The notes: generated by a model not told the origin, from the sequence alone. Positions 36,914 through 47,803 are shown, counted from the stretch's first letter. The stretch is DNA of 64,000 nt from Roseibacillus sp. (GCA_965242925.1 CBDEUM010000039.1:1-64000), one strand, 5' to 3'. A program made the numbers and translations.

Positions 36914-38909
36914 CTAGTGAACGATTTGAATTTGGTGCCAGTAAGCGGCTTCATGGGCCCACCCTGTCGCCCGGTTCTCCAGTTCGATGCTCACCGTCTT
37001 GCCCGCGTATTTGCTTAGATCGATTTGAAGCTGCTGCCACTTCGTTTCTTCGATGTCCTTGCTGAGCGCTTCCACGCTGTTGATCAAGACCACCAGCTTC
37101 CAGTTGCCTTTCGGGTGGTTGGTGACCTCCAGCTCAAGAATGGTTTTCTTTCCGGTGGGCACCTCGATCTTCCGGGACAGCACACAGGGAACAGTTTGGC
37201 TGCGTGGGTGCGTCAGAAGCACCTTCCTCCGCCCATCCCATTCCTTTCGCAACCCGGGTTTCATCTTGGGGCCGCCCCAATCGCGGACCTTCCATCCAGG
37301 GGCGAATGTTGCGACGTCAGTCGGCAGTGTCGTGCCCACGGTGGGCGGAGTTTTCGGTTTGCTCGAGGAAGTGGCAGCCTTCACTTGCGGCATTTTCGCG
37401 TCCACTTCGCGGCGCCAGTCGTGCAGCATTTTCAGGAGCTTCCTGGTGATCTCCGGCTTTGCCTTGGAAAGGTCGTTCTGCTCGCCGAGGTCTTTTTGCA
37501 GATCGAAAAGCTGAACGGTTCCGTTTTCAAAGTATTCGAGGAGCTTGAAATTGCCCAGACGGATCGCCCCGCCCGGACTCTGGTATCCGTGGTTACTGTA
37601 ATGAGGAAAGTGCCAGTAGATCGCGCCGCGGTCATGGGCCTTGCCTTTGAGGGCGGGCAGGAAGCTCATCCCGTCCACGTGCTGGTCGGGCAAGCCGGGC
37701 AGGCCGAGCATTTCCAGCAGGGTTGGATAATAATCCGTTCCGGTAACCACCGCGTGGGAAGTGGTGCTGACCTCGACCTGTCCCGGCCAGTGGACAATCA
37801 AGGGCACGCGTACACCACCCTCGTAGTTCCAGCCCTTGGCGCCCCGCAAGGGGAGGTTGGATGAAGCAAAGCGACTGTTTAGCGCCTTTCGAGGGTGATG
37901 GACCCCCCGGTACTGGTTCGATGCGGACATGCCGCCGTTGTCGCCCGTGAAGATGACGATAGTGTTTTCCGCCAATCCGAGTTCAACGAGCCTGGCCCGA
38001 ATTCTCCCCAGGCTTTCATCGGTGGCTTCAAGCATTCCGGCAAACTCGACGTTGTCCTGCTTTTGCTTCACCCACCACACGCGCTTGTCCTGATGGACCT
38101 CCAGGACGTCGTTTTCTTCAAGCGCCCTGAGCTCGTCCTTGGGAAAGGGCCGGGCCATCCGGGTTGGGTTCCAGAATGAATTCTGGGCCCTTCTTCCGGG
38201 CCATGACGGCAAGTTTCCTTTCATATTTTTCGACCAGGTCCTTCCGGCCCTGAATCGGATCGTGAACCGCAAAGTGCTCCAGATGGACAAAGAACGGTCG
38301 ATCCTTGTTACGCTCGATGAAGTCGAGCGCGGCATCGGTAAGTTTATCGGTATAGTAGTCCCCCTTTTTAGCCGGAAGGGTTTTCGAATATTGCCCGGAG
38401 AATGGATAATAGTAGGAGCGCACCCAGCCGGTAATGGCTTCGTCAAACCCGTAGGTCCTGGGGTCCTTTCGTAAATGCGCCTTGCCGTAGTTCGCAGTGG
38501 CGTATCCGTGTTGCTTCAGTGTTTCTGCCAAGGTGATTTCTTCGTCGGGCAGTGACATGAGTTTCTGGGCGCTGTGCAGCTTTTCAAAGGCCCGTTCAGG
38601 GCGTCCATTGAGCCATTCGGTCAAATCAGTGCGGGCGGGGTATTTCCCGGTCAGAATGCTGGCCCGGCTGGGTGAACAGACATGACAGGTCGCGTAGGCG
38701 TTATCAAACCGCACCCCATCCCTGGCCAGCTGGTCAATGTTCGGCGTTTCGTGGAAGCTACTTCCGTAACAGCCCACATCGCTCCAGCCGAGGTCATCGA
38801 CGAGAAAGAAAACGACGTTAAGTTTCCGCTCTTTCTCCGCGCCCAGGCTAACGTTTCCCACTAGCGAGGTTATTAGAATTGAGGCGACTATCCACGCGGT
38901 ATTCTTCAT
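36914..38909 (-). pseudogene. Arylsulfatase-type sulfatase with C-terminal beta-sandwich module, split by one frameshift near 38141-38149
   Basis: AGGAG RBS, signal peptide, DDLGW, CSPSRASILTG, AVHDP in the first ORF; GDNGG, PLRGAKG..YEGGVRVP, LFDLQKDLGEQ in the second. Removing one base gives ...GPALSKDELRALEE... Confidence 0.85.
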
Positions 38910-38920
38910 ACTTATCTCCT

Positions 38921-40312
38921 CTATTTTTCTTGTCCGACGTCTGCTGCCGGCAACCAGTTGCCCAGCTTGGACTTTACGGACGAATATTCGGGAATGGAGG
39001 CGAGGTTGGTCCATTCGTTGGGATCGCGGACGTGGTCATAGAGTTCCTGGCCCCCGTCGCGGTAGCGGATGTAGCGCCAGTGTTCCGTTCCTATGGCGTG
39101 GTTGTTCAACCCGTAGGTGATCACGACCGGGCGTTCCCATTTCCGGTCCGGATCCTCCAACAGGGGTTTGAGGCTTTGGCCGTCCAGACCTTTCCGTTTC
39201 GGCAGACCGCAAAGGTCGATGAGCGTGGGATAAACGTCGATCAGGCTCACCGGACGCTGGCAGAGGCGGCCTTTCGCCACGCCCTGGGGCGCTGAAAAGA
39301 CAAGGGGCGTCCGCGTTGAAACGTCCCACAAGGCATGCTTGCGCCAATGCTCCTTCTCGCCCAGATGCCACCCGTGGTCGCCCCACAGGACGACAATGGT
39401 ATTGCCGGCATGCCCGCTGCGATCCAGCGCGTCGAGCACCCGGCCGACCTGGGCATCGGCAAAGCTGATGGTGGCGAGATAGGCTTGAACCGCCTTGCGC
39501 CATTGCTTGTTCGCGAGCACGTTTGCATGATCCCCATCCGGTTTCACCGCAAAGTTCCTCTCCCCGGAAGGATCGTAGACTTCCCGGGCCAACTTCTTTC
39601 CAAAGGCCGGAAGGTCCTCCAGATCCCCTTCCCTTACCCGGGGCAGTTCAATGCCGTCGAGGGGATGCAGGTCGAAATATTTCTGCGGAACTTTCCAGGG
39701 CAGATGGGGTTTGGTTAGTCCATAGGCCATAAAGAAGGGCTTTTCCTGAGGCTTTTCCAATTCGGAAACGATCCAGTCGGCAGTCTTGCCGTCATACATA
39801 TCCTCCTCCCCGCAATCCAGAGCTCCCCACGGTACCCAGGCAGATTTCGACAGCTTTGGGTCGCGCTTGAATGAAGCAGGCGGGATTTGACGTTCCGCTA
39901 CGAAATAGTCGTCCCAAGAATCTGCATCATAAGGTTTCGTTCCGTGGAAGATCTTGCCGGCGCCGCGGGACGAGTACCCGGATGCCCGGAAGTGCTGCAT
40001 CAGGGTGACAGCATCCGGGAGCTTCTTCCGCAGCCTCTCCCCATTTCCGTAAACACCGGATCTGAAGGGAGCCACCCCCGTCAAGAGGCTGATGCGGGAA
40101 GGATTGCAGAGCGGCGCCGAGCAGTAGGCGCGCGTAAAGGAAACCCCACCCTTGGCGAGACGGTCGATGTTGGGCGTCTTCGCATTCGGGTGGCCGCCCA
40201 GATGCCCGACCCAGTCGCGCAGGTCGTCCACCGCGATGAACAGCACGTTGGGACGAGCCCACAGGTTGCCCGCAAAAAAGAAAAGTAATAGAAGACCCTT
40301 CAAAACATTCAT
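38921..40312 (-). CDS. Sulfatase (iduronate/choline sulfatase-like)
   Basis: PNVLFIAVDDLR, CNPSR, GKIFH, KPHLP, WGDHGWHLGEK..WRKH, ELYDHVRDPNEW. Confidence 0.92.
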   Translation of the reverse strand: MNVLKGLLLLFFFAGNLWARPNVLFIAVDDLRDWVGHLGGHPNAKTPNIDRLAKGGVSFTRAYCSAPLCNPSRISLLTGVAPFRSGVYGNGERLRKKLPDAVTLMQHFRASGYSSRGAGKIFHGTKPYDADSWDDYFVAERQIPPASFKRDPKLSKSAWVPWGALDCGEEDMYDGKTADWIVSELEKPQEKPFFMAYGLTKPHLPWKVPQKYFDLHPLDGIELPRVREGDLEDLPAFGKKLAREVYDPSGERNFAVKPDGDHANVLANKQWRKAVQAYLATISFADAQVGRVLDALDRSGHAGNTIVVLWGDHGWHLGEKEHWRKHALWDVSTRTPLVFSAPQGVAKGRLCQRPVSLIDVYPTLIDLCGLPKRKGLDGQSLKPLLEDPDRKWERPVVITYGLNNHAIGTEHWRYIRYRDGGQELYDHVRDPNEWTNLASIPEYSSVKSKLGNWLPAADVGQEK

Positions 40313-41829
40313 GGCTTTGGATCAACCTGCCATTTCCTGTTCCGCCGCGCCCCGTAATAAGGGTAATAATCCCACGGGGCATCCAGGCCAAGCGCACGAG
40401 GATCCTTGGTGCGAACCAGGTGCTCCTGCAATCGGTCCGCCAGTTTCTTTTGGATCCCGGCATACTTGGGTTTCCCGGCCAGGTTGACGATTTGTCCAGG
40501 ATCCTTGGTGACGTGATAGAGTTCCTCGGCCGGACGCTTGGCGAAGGCGAGATCATAGAATCGCTTAAACCCCGCCCTGTCCTTGTTATCCATGAGGAGA
40601 GACTTGGTGGGCGATGAATCGACTTCCCCAAAGGGGATGTAGCGCGCACAGAACTCGCGGTCGGGATTGCCCGCCGGCCAGCGGTCGGGTTTGAAATTCT
40701 TGATATAGAGGTATTCCCCTGTGCGGATAGCACGACAGGGATAGCCCTTCCCTCCCTTGCGGCAACCATCGTGACGCTCCATGGCGATGAAGGCGGCGGA
40801 CTTGTCTAGATACGCTCTTAAGTTTGGCGTTCCCGCGTTGCTGAACACATGCATCAGGCTTTCTGCCGTCATCATGTCCGGAGTCTGCAAGCCGGCCGCC
40901 TCCAAAAAGGTTGGGGCAAGGCTGCTGAGGTTCATGCAGGAATCCATCGTGCGACCGGAATCCTTGATGCCCTTGGGCCAGCGGATGGCCAGGGGAACCC
41001 GGGAACCTGCATCGTAGAGGCTGGCCTTAGCTCGGGGAAACGGCATGCCGTGGTCGCTGGTCACCACCACGATGGTATTCTCCAGCTGTCCGGCTTTTTC
41101 CAAGGTCTTGATGGCTCGACCGACCATTTGGTCGAAATGCTCGATCTCCACGTAGTAATCGAGGATATCACTCCTCACCACGGGATGATCTGGAAAGATC
41201 GACGGAACAATCACCTTGGCGGGATCCTTGCCCGTTCGCTTGCCCGCTCCGAGCTCGTATCCGCGATGGGGTTCGCTGGTCCCCAACCAGAAGCAGAAGG
41301 GCTGGTCCTTCTTCAACTGGCCGAGGAAGTCGTCGAAGTTGGCTGCGTAATCCGTATTTCTCATGCCTCGGAAGGGGGGCTTCAACCTGCGTTTTCCAAA
41401 CTCCTGGCCCGCGGGGTTGGAATCACGACCTCCCGCCGCCAGGCGTCCGGGGCTCCATCCCTTGCCGGTGAACCCGATAGTGTAACCTGCCTTCTCCAGC
41501 ACCTCCGTGTAGGTGATAAACTTTTTTGGCAAAGTGCTGTGGATGTTGCCGGCTTCCTCCAAGCGCCAAATGTGTTGCCCGGTAAGGATCGCGCTGCGCG
41601 ATGGTCCGCAGGTGGGGGCATCGCAGAAGGCGTTGGTGAAACGAATTCCCTCGCGAGCGACACGGTCGAAAGCAGGCGTTTTCACCACCGGATCGCCATT
41701 CGCGCCGGTGTGAGCGTAGCTTTGGTCATCAGAAATGCAGAACAGAATGTTTGGGCGGGACTCAGCCCACAAAGTGTCTGTCCATGGGAAAAGTGCGATT
41801 GCCAGGCATCCCACCACGTGTTTGCTCAT
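40309..41829 (-). CDS. Sulfatase (N-sulfoglucosamine sulfohydrolase-like)
   Basis: PNILFCISDDQ, CGPSRSAILTG, EPHR, SDHGMPFPRAKASLYD, ERH, YPCRAIR. Start uncertain (41829 or 41847). Confidence 0.92.
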   Translation of the reverse strand: MSKHVVGCLAIALFPWTDTLWAESRPNILFCISDDQSYAHTGANGDPVVKTPAFDRVAREGIRFTNAFCDAPTCGPSRSAILTGQHIWRLEEAGNIHSTLPKKFITYTEVLEKAGYTIGFTGKGWSPGRLAAGGRDSNPAGQEFGKRRLKPPFRGMRNTDYAANFDDFLGQLKKDQPFCFWLGTSEPHRGYELGAGKRTGKDPAKVIVPSIFPDHPVVRSDILDYYVEIEHFDQMVGRAIKTLEKAGQLENTIVVVTSDHGMPFPRAKASLYDAGSRVPLAIRWPKGIKDSGRTMDSCMNLSSLAPTFLEAAGLQTPDMMTAESLMHVFSNAGTPNLRAYLDKSAAFIAMERHDGCRKGGKGYPCRAIRTGEYLYIKNFKPDRWPAGNPDREFCARYIPFGEVDSSPTKSLLMDNKDRAGFKRFYDLAFAKRPAEELYHVTKDPGQIVNLAGKPKYAGIQKKLADRLQEHLVRTKDPRALGLDAPWDYYPYYGARRNRKWQVDPKP

Positions 41830-42169
41830 CCGTAAACTTTTCCTCATCCTGGGATGCTTTGAACATAGGATCCCAAGGTGATCACCACCAGAGCATAATA
41901 CTTGCGCCCTCGATGCCGTCAGGTCATGGGAAGCAGGACTGCAGCGGATGACTGGGGGACCTGCTTTCCCGTCACCGCTCCGCAACGGAACCGACGGGCG
42001 GTAGCAGGTTGCGCCCCTCCTCCCGCGGCTTTTTCGCCTCCCGCAAATCCAATCTCGAAAAGGGATTTTTCCGTAGTTTGATTGCCGAAGATAATGAGCT
42101 CCGTATGTTGCGGAACCTGCAGGGCAGCAGGCCAGCTGCCGGCCCAGCCCATCCAATGATACTCTCACC

Positions 42170-43729
42170 ATGAACAATCACCTGCCAGGCGGATGTTTCC
42201 CACCACGTATGACCAGAATGATCAGCCTCTGTGGCCTTCTTGCCGCCATGCCCGGTTCGGTGCCTGGCAAGCCGCTGGAAATCGGAACGCAGAATCAGAT
42301 CTTTATCGATGGCCGCTTTCTCGCAGAACGGAAAAACGTCCGTATCGTGGTCCAGCAACCCCGCAAGACCGGTGAGATGATGGCCTTCGTCTCTGCTGAG
42401 TACCTCCAGATCATGGAATATGACGGAGTGTTCAAATACTTTACGCTGGTCTCCCAGGATGGCTCCAACTGGGAAAACACAACCAACAACAACCCCAAGG
42501 GTGATTTCAAGTACGGCATCTACTGGAGTGTCCCGGAACGCCCCAATGGGGTTGTCTTCAAGGACCCCAAGGCGCCACCCGAAGAGCGCTACAAGGTGGT
42601 CTCGGGGATGCAGAACAAGATTTATGCCACCGCGGATGGAAGTAAATGGAAAACACTGAAGCCGCACCCCTTCCCCCAGCAGATCAGTTTCCCACGCGGA
42701 ATGGACAGCCAGAACGTGTGCTTCTGGGATGAAAAGTACGAGTGCTACGTGGCCTACGTGCGGGCTAACCTGGAGTTTGAACCCCCGCCTCAGCACAAGG
42801 AGTATTTCAAGAACTCGCGCTTTCATAACCAGAACAACCATCTCCGCTGTGTGCGTCGCTGCACCTCTAAGGACCTGAAGCGCTTCACGACGGGGGAAAT
42901 CGTGCTGGCTCCCGACGAGAACGATCCCATCATGGACGGCGTGGGAGTAGGCGACTTCTACATGCCGCAAGTCATCAAGTATCCGCACGCCCAGGACGCC
43001 TACGTCATGTTCCCCAACCGCTATCTCCACTACCAGCAGTGGTTCATGGCGGAGGACCTGAGTCACCTCCCCACGAACAAGCCCAACGAGGTCCTCAACG
43101 ACGGCCCGATCGACATCGGATTTGCGGCCAGTCGGGACGGGATCAAGTGGAATCGCTATGATCGCAAGCCGCTGGTTCCGCTTGGCCGGAAAGGGCAGTT
43201 CGACTGGGGAGGACTGTATCCGGTTCGCGGTCTTATCGTGAAAGGTGAGGAGATGTGGCTTTACTACGTCGCCTCCGCCGATCACGGGCTGCCTTTACCG
43301 ATCAAGGGCCGTGAGAAGGGCAAAGTCCTTTCACGGGTGATTTTTCGCAAGGATGGTTTCACGGCCTTGGAGGCGGATTATCCCCGCGGCGAATTCACCA
43401 CTCCTGTGCTGCGGTTTTCAGGCGATAGCCTGCACCTCAACGTCGAGACTTCTTCCCTGGGTCTGGTCCGGGTCGAGATTCAGGACGAGAACGGAAAGCC
43501 GCTTCCCGGATTCGCCCTCAGCGATTGCGACCGGATTCACACCACCAACACGACGGATGCAGTCGTCAACTGGCGAAGAGGGAAGAGCAGTATCAGCAGC
43601 CTTGCAGGAAAGTCCGTCCGGCTGCGGTTCGAGTTGATGTACGGGGCCAAGCTCTACGCGTTTGGCACGCAGGCAGCTTCCCCCGGTCCTCCATCAGACC
43701 CGCCTCCGGGACAGGAACAGTCCAACTGA
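42170..43729 (+). CDS. Secreted five-bladed-propeller glycoside hydrolase-like protein with C-terminal beta-sandwich
   Basis: QIFIDG N-terminus, VFKDP..PEERYK, DSQN...WD...YVAYVR, SRDGIKW, EEMWLYY, RKDGF, LHLN...RVEIQDENG. Confidence 0.65.
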   Translation: MNNHLPGGCFPPRMTRMISLCGLLAAMPGSVPGKPLEIGTQNQIFIDGRFLAERKNVRIVVQQPRKTGEMMAFVSAEYLQIMEYDGVFKYFTLVSQDGSNWENTTNNNPKGDFKYGIYWSVPERPNGVVFKDPKAPPEERYKVVSGMQNKIYATADGSKWKTLKPHPFPQQISFPRGMDSQNVCFWDEKYECYVAYVRANLEFEPPPQHKEYFKNSRFHNQNNHLRCVRRCTSKDLKRFTTGEIVLAPDENDPIMDGVGVGDFYMPQVIKYPHAQDAYVMFPNRYLHYQQWFMAEDLSHLPTNKPNEVLNDGPIDIGFAASRDGIKWNRYDRKPLVPLGRKGQFDWGGLYPVRGLIVKGEEMWLYYVASADHGLPLPIKGREKGKVLSRVIFRKDGFTALEADYPRGEFTTPVLRFSGDSLHLNVETSSLGLVRVEIQDENGKPLPGFALSDCDRIHTTNTTDAVVNWRRGKSSISSLAGKSVRLRFELMYGAKLYAFGTQAASPGPPSDPPPGQEQSN

Positions 43730-45106
43730 ACGGGCTGGCACGCTGCCTTTTGCCCTCCATCCGGCTATTGCAATCGGAGCCGGCGCATCGATATACCGGA
43801 AATGCTGACTGAGTGCTAGTTTGCGGCAGGAACAGCTCTCAGCAGCAGAGCCCCCGTTTGCGCTGTTCTCCGCCTGCACCCCGCCCGACCACGCCTGCCC
43901 GGTCGCCTCATGCCACACGCTTCGGGGAACATCGATCGAACTGAAAGACTCTGCGGCAGCCTGCGGGTTTTGCCGGTGAAACTGCGTGAACGCCCGGGTG
44001 AGAGCTCCCTGCCGCAATCCTGGTTCCGTGATCTCATTTGCCCACTCCACTGCCAGGGAACCATCCTGATGGGCAAAGGCGGCGGTAAATCCGTTGAGGG
44101 CCTGATTCCGGTCCGAGGACGGTTCCATCTCCATGATCGATTCGATCGCACCCTCCGGTTCCCGCGATCCCCAGTGCGCGAACGCAGCGCTCCATGCACT
44201 CGATCGCAGCGCTCCATCGGGCAACTCCGTAGCCCAGTCCAGGGTCACCTCCAGGCCCTGGTCCCGCACGATCTCACGGGTCAGAGTGTCCATCGGTCGC
44301 CAGTTGTAGGCCCTGGGGTCTGTGACATCGTAAATAAAGTTCGTGGCCACTTCCACGTCGTTGTCGATCAATCCTTCAAAGAGCCTTCGCTGCACCCTCG
44401 AGGCCACTCCCGGATCCAGTCCGGAGAAAACATCGATGGCAGCCTGCGGATCGACACTCGCCAGACCAGGGATCATGTTGCCGAGGAATCCCTCAAAGTA
44501 GCGCTCCGGAATCTCATCCAGGTGCGCAATTGCAGTGGCAGGGTCGTTTGCACCCCATGCATAATCGAAGAGTTGCCAAAGTTTGCCATCAACCCCGGCC
44601 TTTGCCATTGCACCTCTCATCATGAAGGCCTGCTCCCGGGTAAAGGTCGCCGAACCCATCTCCTCCAGGATCCGGTCAAAGGCCTGTCGCCGGCCCAACG
44701 CACTGGGGGCCTTGATCGCCTGCAGGACCAACGCATGAATCTCCTTCTTCCCCAGGGGACCTCTCCGTTGCAGGGCCTCGGATGCCTCCCGCGCCATCGT
44801 GATCCGGCTGGTCTGCATTCTTCTGGTGCGCTCCACGCTGGCATCACTCTTCTGCGGATCCGGGGCGCTCGGGAGCGACTCCGGTTTCCCACCAGCCCGG
44901 CCCGGCAACGGCACGTAACGCTCCGTCTCCCTAGCATCAGCCTGCCCGACGACATCGCGCTTTCCAGTGGAAGGGGGAATCGTCACGCCTCCACTCTCGC
45001 CCTTGTCCGTCCCCCGTGTGGCACGTGCCAGCTGGGATCCGGTCACGAAGGTTCCCAAGGTGATGAAGAGCCAGACGAGGTGGACGATGACGTTGCGTTT
45101 CGACAT
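43694..45106 (-). CDS. Membrane-anchored helical-repeat protein (DPxAAxxW-like repeats)
   Basis: ATG 45106, N-terminal TM (VHLVWLFITLGTFVTG), repeats WGANDPATA, LASVDPQAA, WGSREPEGA. True stop may be 43816 if a terminal indel is present. Confidence 0.75.
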   Translation of the reverse strand: MSKRNVIVHLVWLFITLGTFVTGSQLARATRGTDKGESGGVTIPPSTGKRDVVGQADARETERYVPLPGRAGGKPESLPSAPDPQKSDASVERTRRMQTSRITMAREASEALQRRGPLGKKEIHALVLQAIKAPSALGRRQAFDRILEEMGSATFTREQAFMMRGAMAKAGVDGKLWQLFDYAWGANDPATAIAHLDEIPERYFEGFLGNMIPGLASVDPQAAIDVFSGLDPGVASRVQRRLFEGLIDNDVEVATNFIYDVTDPRAYNWRPMDTLTREIVRDQGLEVTLDWATELPDGALRSSAWSAAFAHWGSREPEGAIESIMEMEPSSDRNQALNGFTAAFAHQDGSLAVEWANEITEPGLRQGALTRAFTQFHRQNPQAAAESFSSIDVPRSVWHEATGQAWSGGVQAENSANGGSAAESCSCRKLALSQHFRYIDAPAPIAIAGWRAKGSVPARSVGLFLSRRRV

Positions 45107-45114
45107 TCTTCCGG

Positions 45115-46479
45115 TCAATCGCGGTGCCTCCGGTCGCGTGGGGTCAGAATATTTTCCTGTATCTCGGCGGACAGGCCTGACCCGTCCAACCACTCCGGCA
45201 GACCCTGTCCACCCTTCCGCTGCCAGGACCGGGCCACCTCGACCATGGCCTCCTGCCGCCGCTCCGGCGCAGCAATGGACTCCGCCCAGCTCATCGCCGC
45301 AGTGGGATCCTCCCACACCACATGAGTGCTGTAACCGGCAATTGCCGCATCACGCAGGGGGGACGGGGCCATCTCCTGGAGATACTCGCCTGCCGCAGTG
45401 GGGTCCCTCCGCGCCCAGGAATTCAGACTGCCCCTCATTCCGATCTGCTGGCTTTGACCCTCCGGCAGATCGTTGACCCACTCAAGCGCCGCCTGCGGGT
45501 CGCGGCCCGCCCAGTTCGCTCCAACCTCCCAGAAAATACGCTCAGTGCCGGGCTGACCTGCAAACCCCTCCGCCCACTGGGCGGCTTCAGCCGGTTTGCG
45601 CTCTGCAAAATGATCCGCAACCCGGCCCAACGCTTCATTCCGCATCCGCCCCTCGGGAAGACCCTCCGCCCAGGACGAGGCCTCGAGCGGACTCTCTGCG
45701 GCCCGCAGCACTTCCCCCGTTACAATATGCATATGGCCCGCATCTGCCTGACCCTCAGCCACCATCCTCTCGACAAACATTGCCGCTCGCTGCGGATCTG
45801 CATCCGCCAGTCCATCGACTATCCCTGACATCAAATGATGCCGCAGCCCCGTGACCTCGAGTTTGCGCTCCTTGAGCAACGGATCGAAGCGGGCATCGTT
45901 TGCCATGTCCAACCCTTCGATCCACGCCATCGCCTCCTGTGGGCTTGCGCCCGCCCACCCTGCCAGGGCTGGTTTCATGTCATCTTCCTCCGTGTCGACA
46001 CCGAATATGACCGCATCCACTCCTGCAACCGCGCCCCAGGCATAATGAAACTCCTGAAACTCCGCACTCCGGTGATCCTTGTGCTCAATCTGTTCGCGAA
46101 TGAGCAACGCATTGTCGGCAGTCAGTCCCTGGATCAGCTTGGAAAAGGCCAACCGCTGCGCGACCGGGTCGGAGGACTTGCGAAACGTCTGGCCCAGTTC
46201 ATCGATATCCGCTTCGCTGAGAGTGATCTTCTCTGCCAGCATCCGAGTGACCTCATCCTTTCCGATTGATTTACTCCCGGTAGCGGACTCCCCCGCCGCG
46301 GAGTCTGCCTTTCCGCTGGAAATTCCATCCTGAGCCCCTGGCCCCGGGTCGCTATTCCCCCGCCTGGCCGCAACCCCGGCATCATCACGTCCCGACGGCA
46401 GGACAAAATAGCCGGCCAGGAAGGCCAGAACCGCGACCAATCCCCAACCAAGGTGCACTTTTGTCGATTTATTCATCAT
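45115..46479 (-). CDS. Membrane-anchored helical-repeat protein, paralog of the downstream gene
   Basis: N-terminal TM (VHLGWGLVAVLAFLAGY); repeats WAGASPQEA, LADADPQRA, WAGRDPQAALEW, WARRDPTAA, WEDPTAAMSW. Confidence 0.8.
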   Translation of the reverse strand: MMNKSTKVHLGWGLVAVLAFLAGYFVLPSGRDDAGVAARRGNSDPGPGAQDGISSGKADSAAGESATGSKSIGKDEVTRMLAEKITLSEADIDELGQTFRKSSDPVAQRLAFSKLIQGLTADNALLIREQIEHKDHRSAEFQEFHYAWGAVAGVDAVIFGVDTEEDDMKPALAGWAGASPQEAMAWIEGLDMANDARFDPLLKERKLEVTGLRHHLMSGIVDGLADADPQRAAMFVERMVAEGQADAGHMHIVTGEVLRAAESPLEASSWAEGLPEGRMRNEALGRVADHFAERKPAEAAQWAEGFAGQPGTERIFWEVGANWAGRDPQAALEWVNDLPEGQSQQIGMRGSLNSWARRDPTAAGEYLQEMAPSPLRDAAIAGYSTHVVWEDPTAAMSWAESIAAPERRQEAMVEVARSWQRKGGQGLPEWLDGSGLSAEIQENILTPRDRRHRD

Positions 46480-47803
46480 TCTTGCCTATCAACTCCACAC
46501 TCGTCACTTCCAGACCGACATCTTCGTGCACAGTCTGAACCCAGAGCCAGCCGAGTTCCTGTCCCACGGAGGACTCGGGAAAGCTCTCCTTCATGCGCGG
46601 GATCTCGTCCAGGTTAAGTTCGATCTCAAATCTTCCTTCCCCTTCCTCTGCCAATTCGATTTTCCGCGAAAGGTCGTACTTCCCCGAAAGCACCCCTCGC
46701 ACCCGATGGGTGCCAAAACCGAATCCAACTGTGGAGCTCCGCTCCAACCGCCCCACCACCCGCAGACGCGCCCCCTCTGTCAACAAGACCGGCGTGCCAT
46801 TGGCGTCAGACGGACCCACCACCACACTGTGGAGGAGAAGAGGCTTGTTGCGTTCCCCGAAGTCTCCACGGAACAAGTGGGTCTCCGCACGCAGGGATCC
46901 GGGACGCTCTCCCGGCCCTGATCGCCAGTGCCCCTGGCGAACGTCGTGCTGCAGGTCGCATTGCCAACTCTTGACCGACTCTCCCCGTGGAAGGGCATCA
47001 AAGTTCGTCTCCCTCTCCAGCGCGGCCACCACATGGTGGTCGGCAGGAACATCCCGTGTTTTCCCATCCGCCAGCCGCGTGACCCGTACCAAGCCCTCGT
47101 GGACGGCCAGTCGAGTCGCAGAATCATCGGCGGTCACGTTGAACTGGGTTCCGAGAACTTCCACCTCCGCAGAAGGAGTCTGCAGGAGCAAAGGACGCCC
47201 GGACGGCTGCGGAGCGACATCCAGGGATAGCTCTCCCTGCCTCAAATGAATGCGTTTTCCCTCCAGTCCCTCCGAGAACGTGACGATCGCGGGCCCGGAA
47301 GCCCAGACCTTGGTCCCATCATCAAAGGTCAGTTCCGCCCAGGAATCGGCCGCCCCTATTTCAAGCGTTCCACCCGCGAGTTCATCACCAACCTTGAGGC
47401 CGCTGATCGGCCGACCTCCATCTCCGGTCCAGCGAACTGCTCCGTTCCACTCGGCAATACGTACGATCGATGCGACCCCTGCATTTGGCGCCCGTAGGAA
47501 AAGGACCCCTGACACGCCGAGAAGAATCAGCACTGCGGCCGCACCTAACAGCCAGGCCGTCGTCCGGCGTCTCCTGTCGACGTGAACACTTTCGCCTCTC
47601 CCTTGCGCAGTCCACGACTCAGGCGTCACCCCTGTCTCCAAGAGGTCAGCGTGGAGCCCAAGGTAATGCAGATAGCGTTTCTGCGCGTAAGCATCACCAT
47701 CGAGCTCCACTTCCAACGCGGCAAATTCCTCCGCCGTGATGGTCTTGTCGACCAGTCTGGTCAGCAACTGGTCAAGCTGTTCGTGGTCAGCGTCAGGCAT
47801 CAC
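46469..47803 (-). CDS. FecR-domain anti-sigma factor
   Basis: Short cytoplasmic N-domain, TM helix, AELTFDDGT, TPSAEVEVLGTQFNV...VHEGLVRV. Confidence 0.88.
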   Translation of the reverse strand: MMPDADHEQLDQLLTRLVDKTITAEEFAALEVELDGDAYAQKRYLHYLGLHADLLETGVTPESWTAQGRGESVHVDRRRRTTAWLLGAAAVLILLGVSGVLFLRAPNAGVASIVRIAEWNGAVRWTGDGGRPISGLKVGDELAGGTLEIGAADSWAELTFDDGTKVWASGPAIVTFSEGLEGKRIHLRQGELSLDVAPQPSGRPLLLQTPSAEVEVLGTQFNVTADDSATRLAVHEGLVRVTRLADGKTRDVPADHHVVAALERETNFDALPRGESVKSWQCDLQHDVRQGHWRSGPGERPGSLRAETHLFRGDFGERNKPLLLHSVVVGPSDANGTPVLLTEGARLRVVGRLERSSTVGFGFGTHRVRGVLSGKYDLSRKIELAEEGEGRFEIELNLDEIPRMKESFPESSVGQELGWLWVQTVHEDVGLEVTSVELIGKNDE

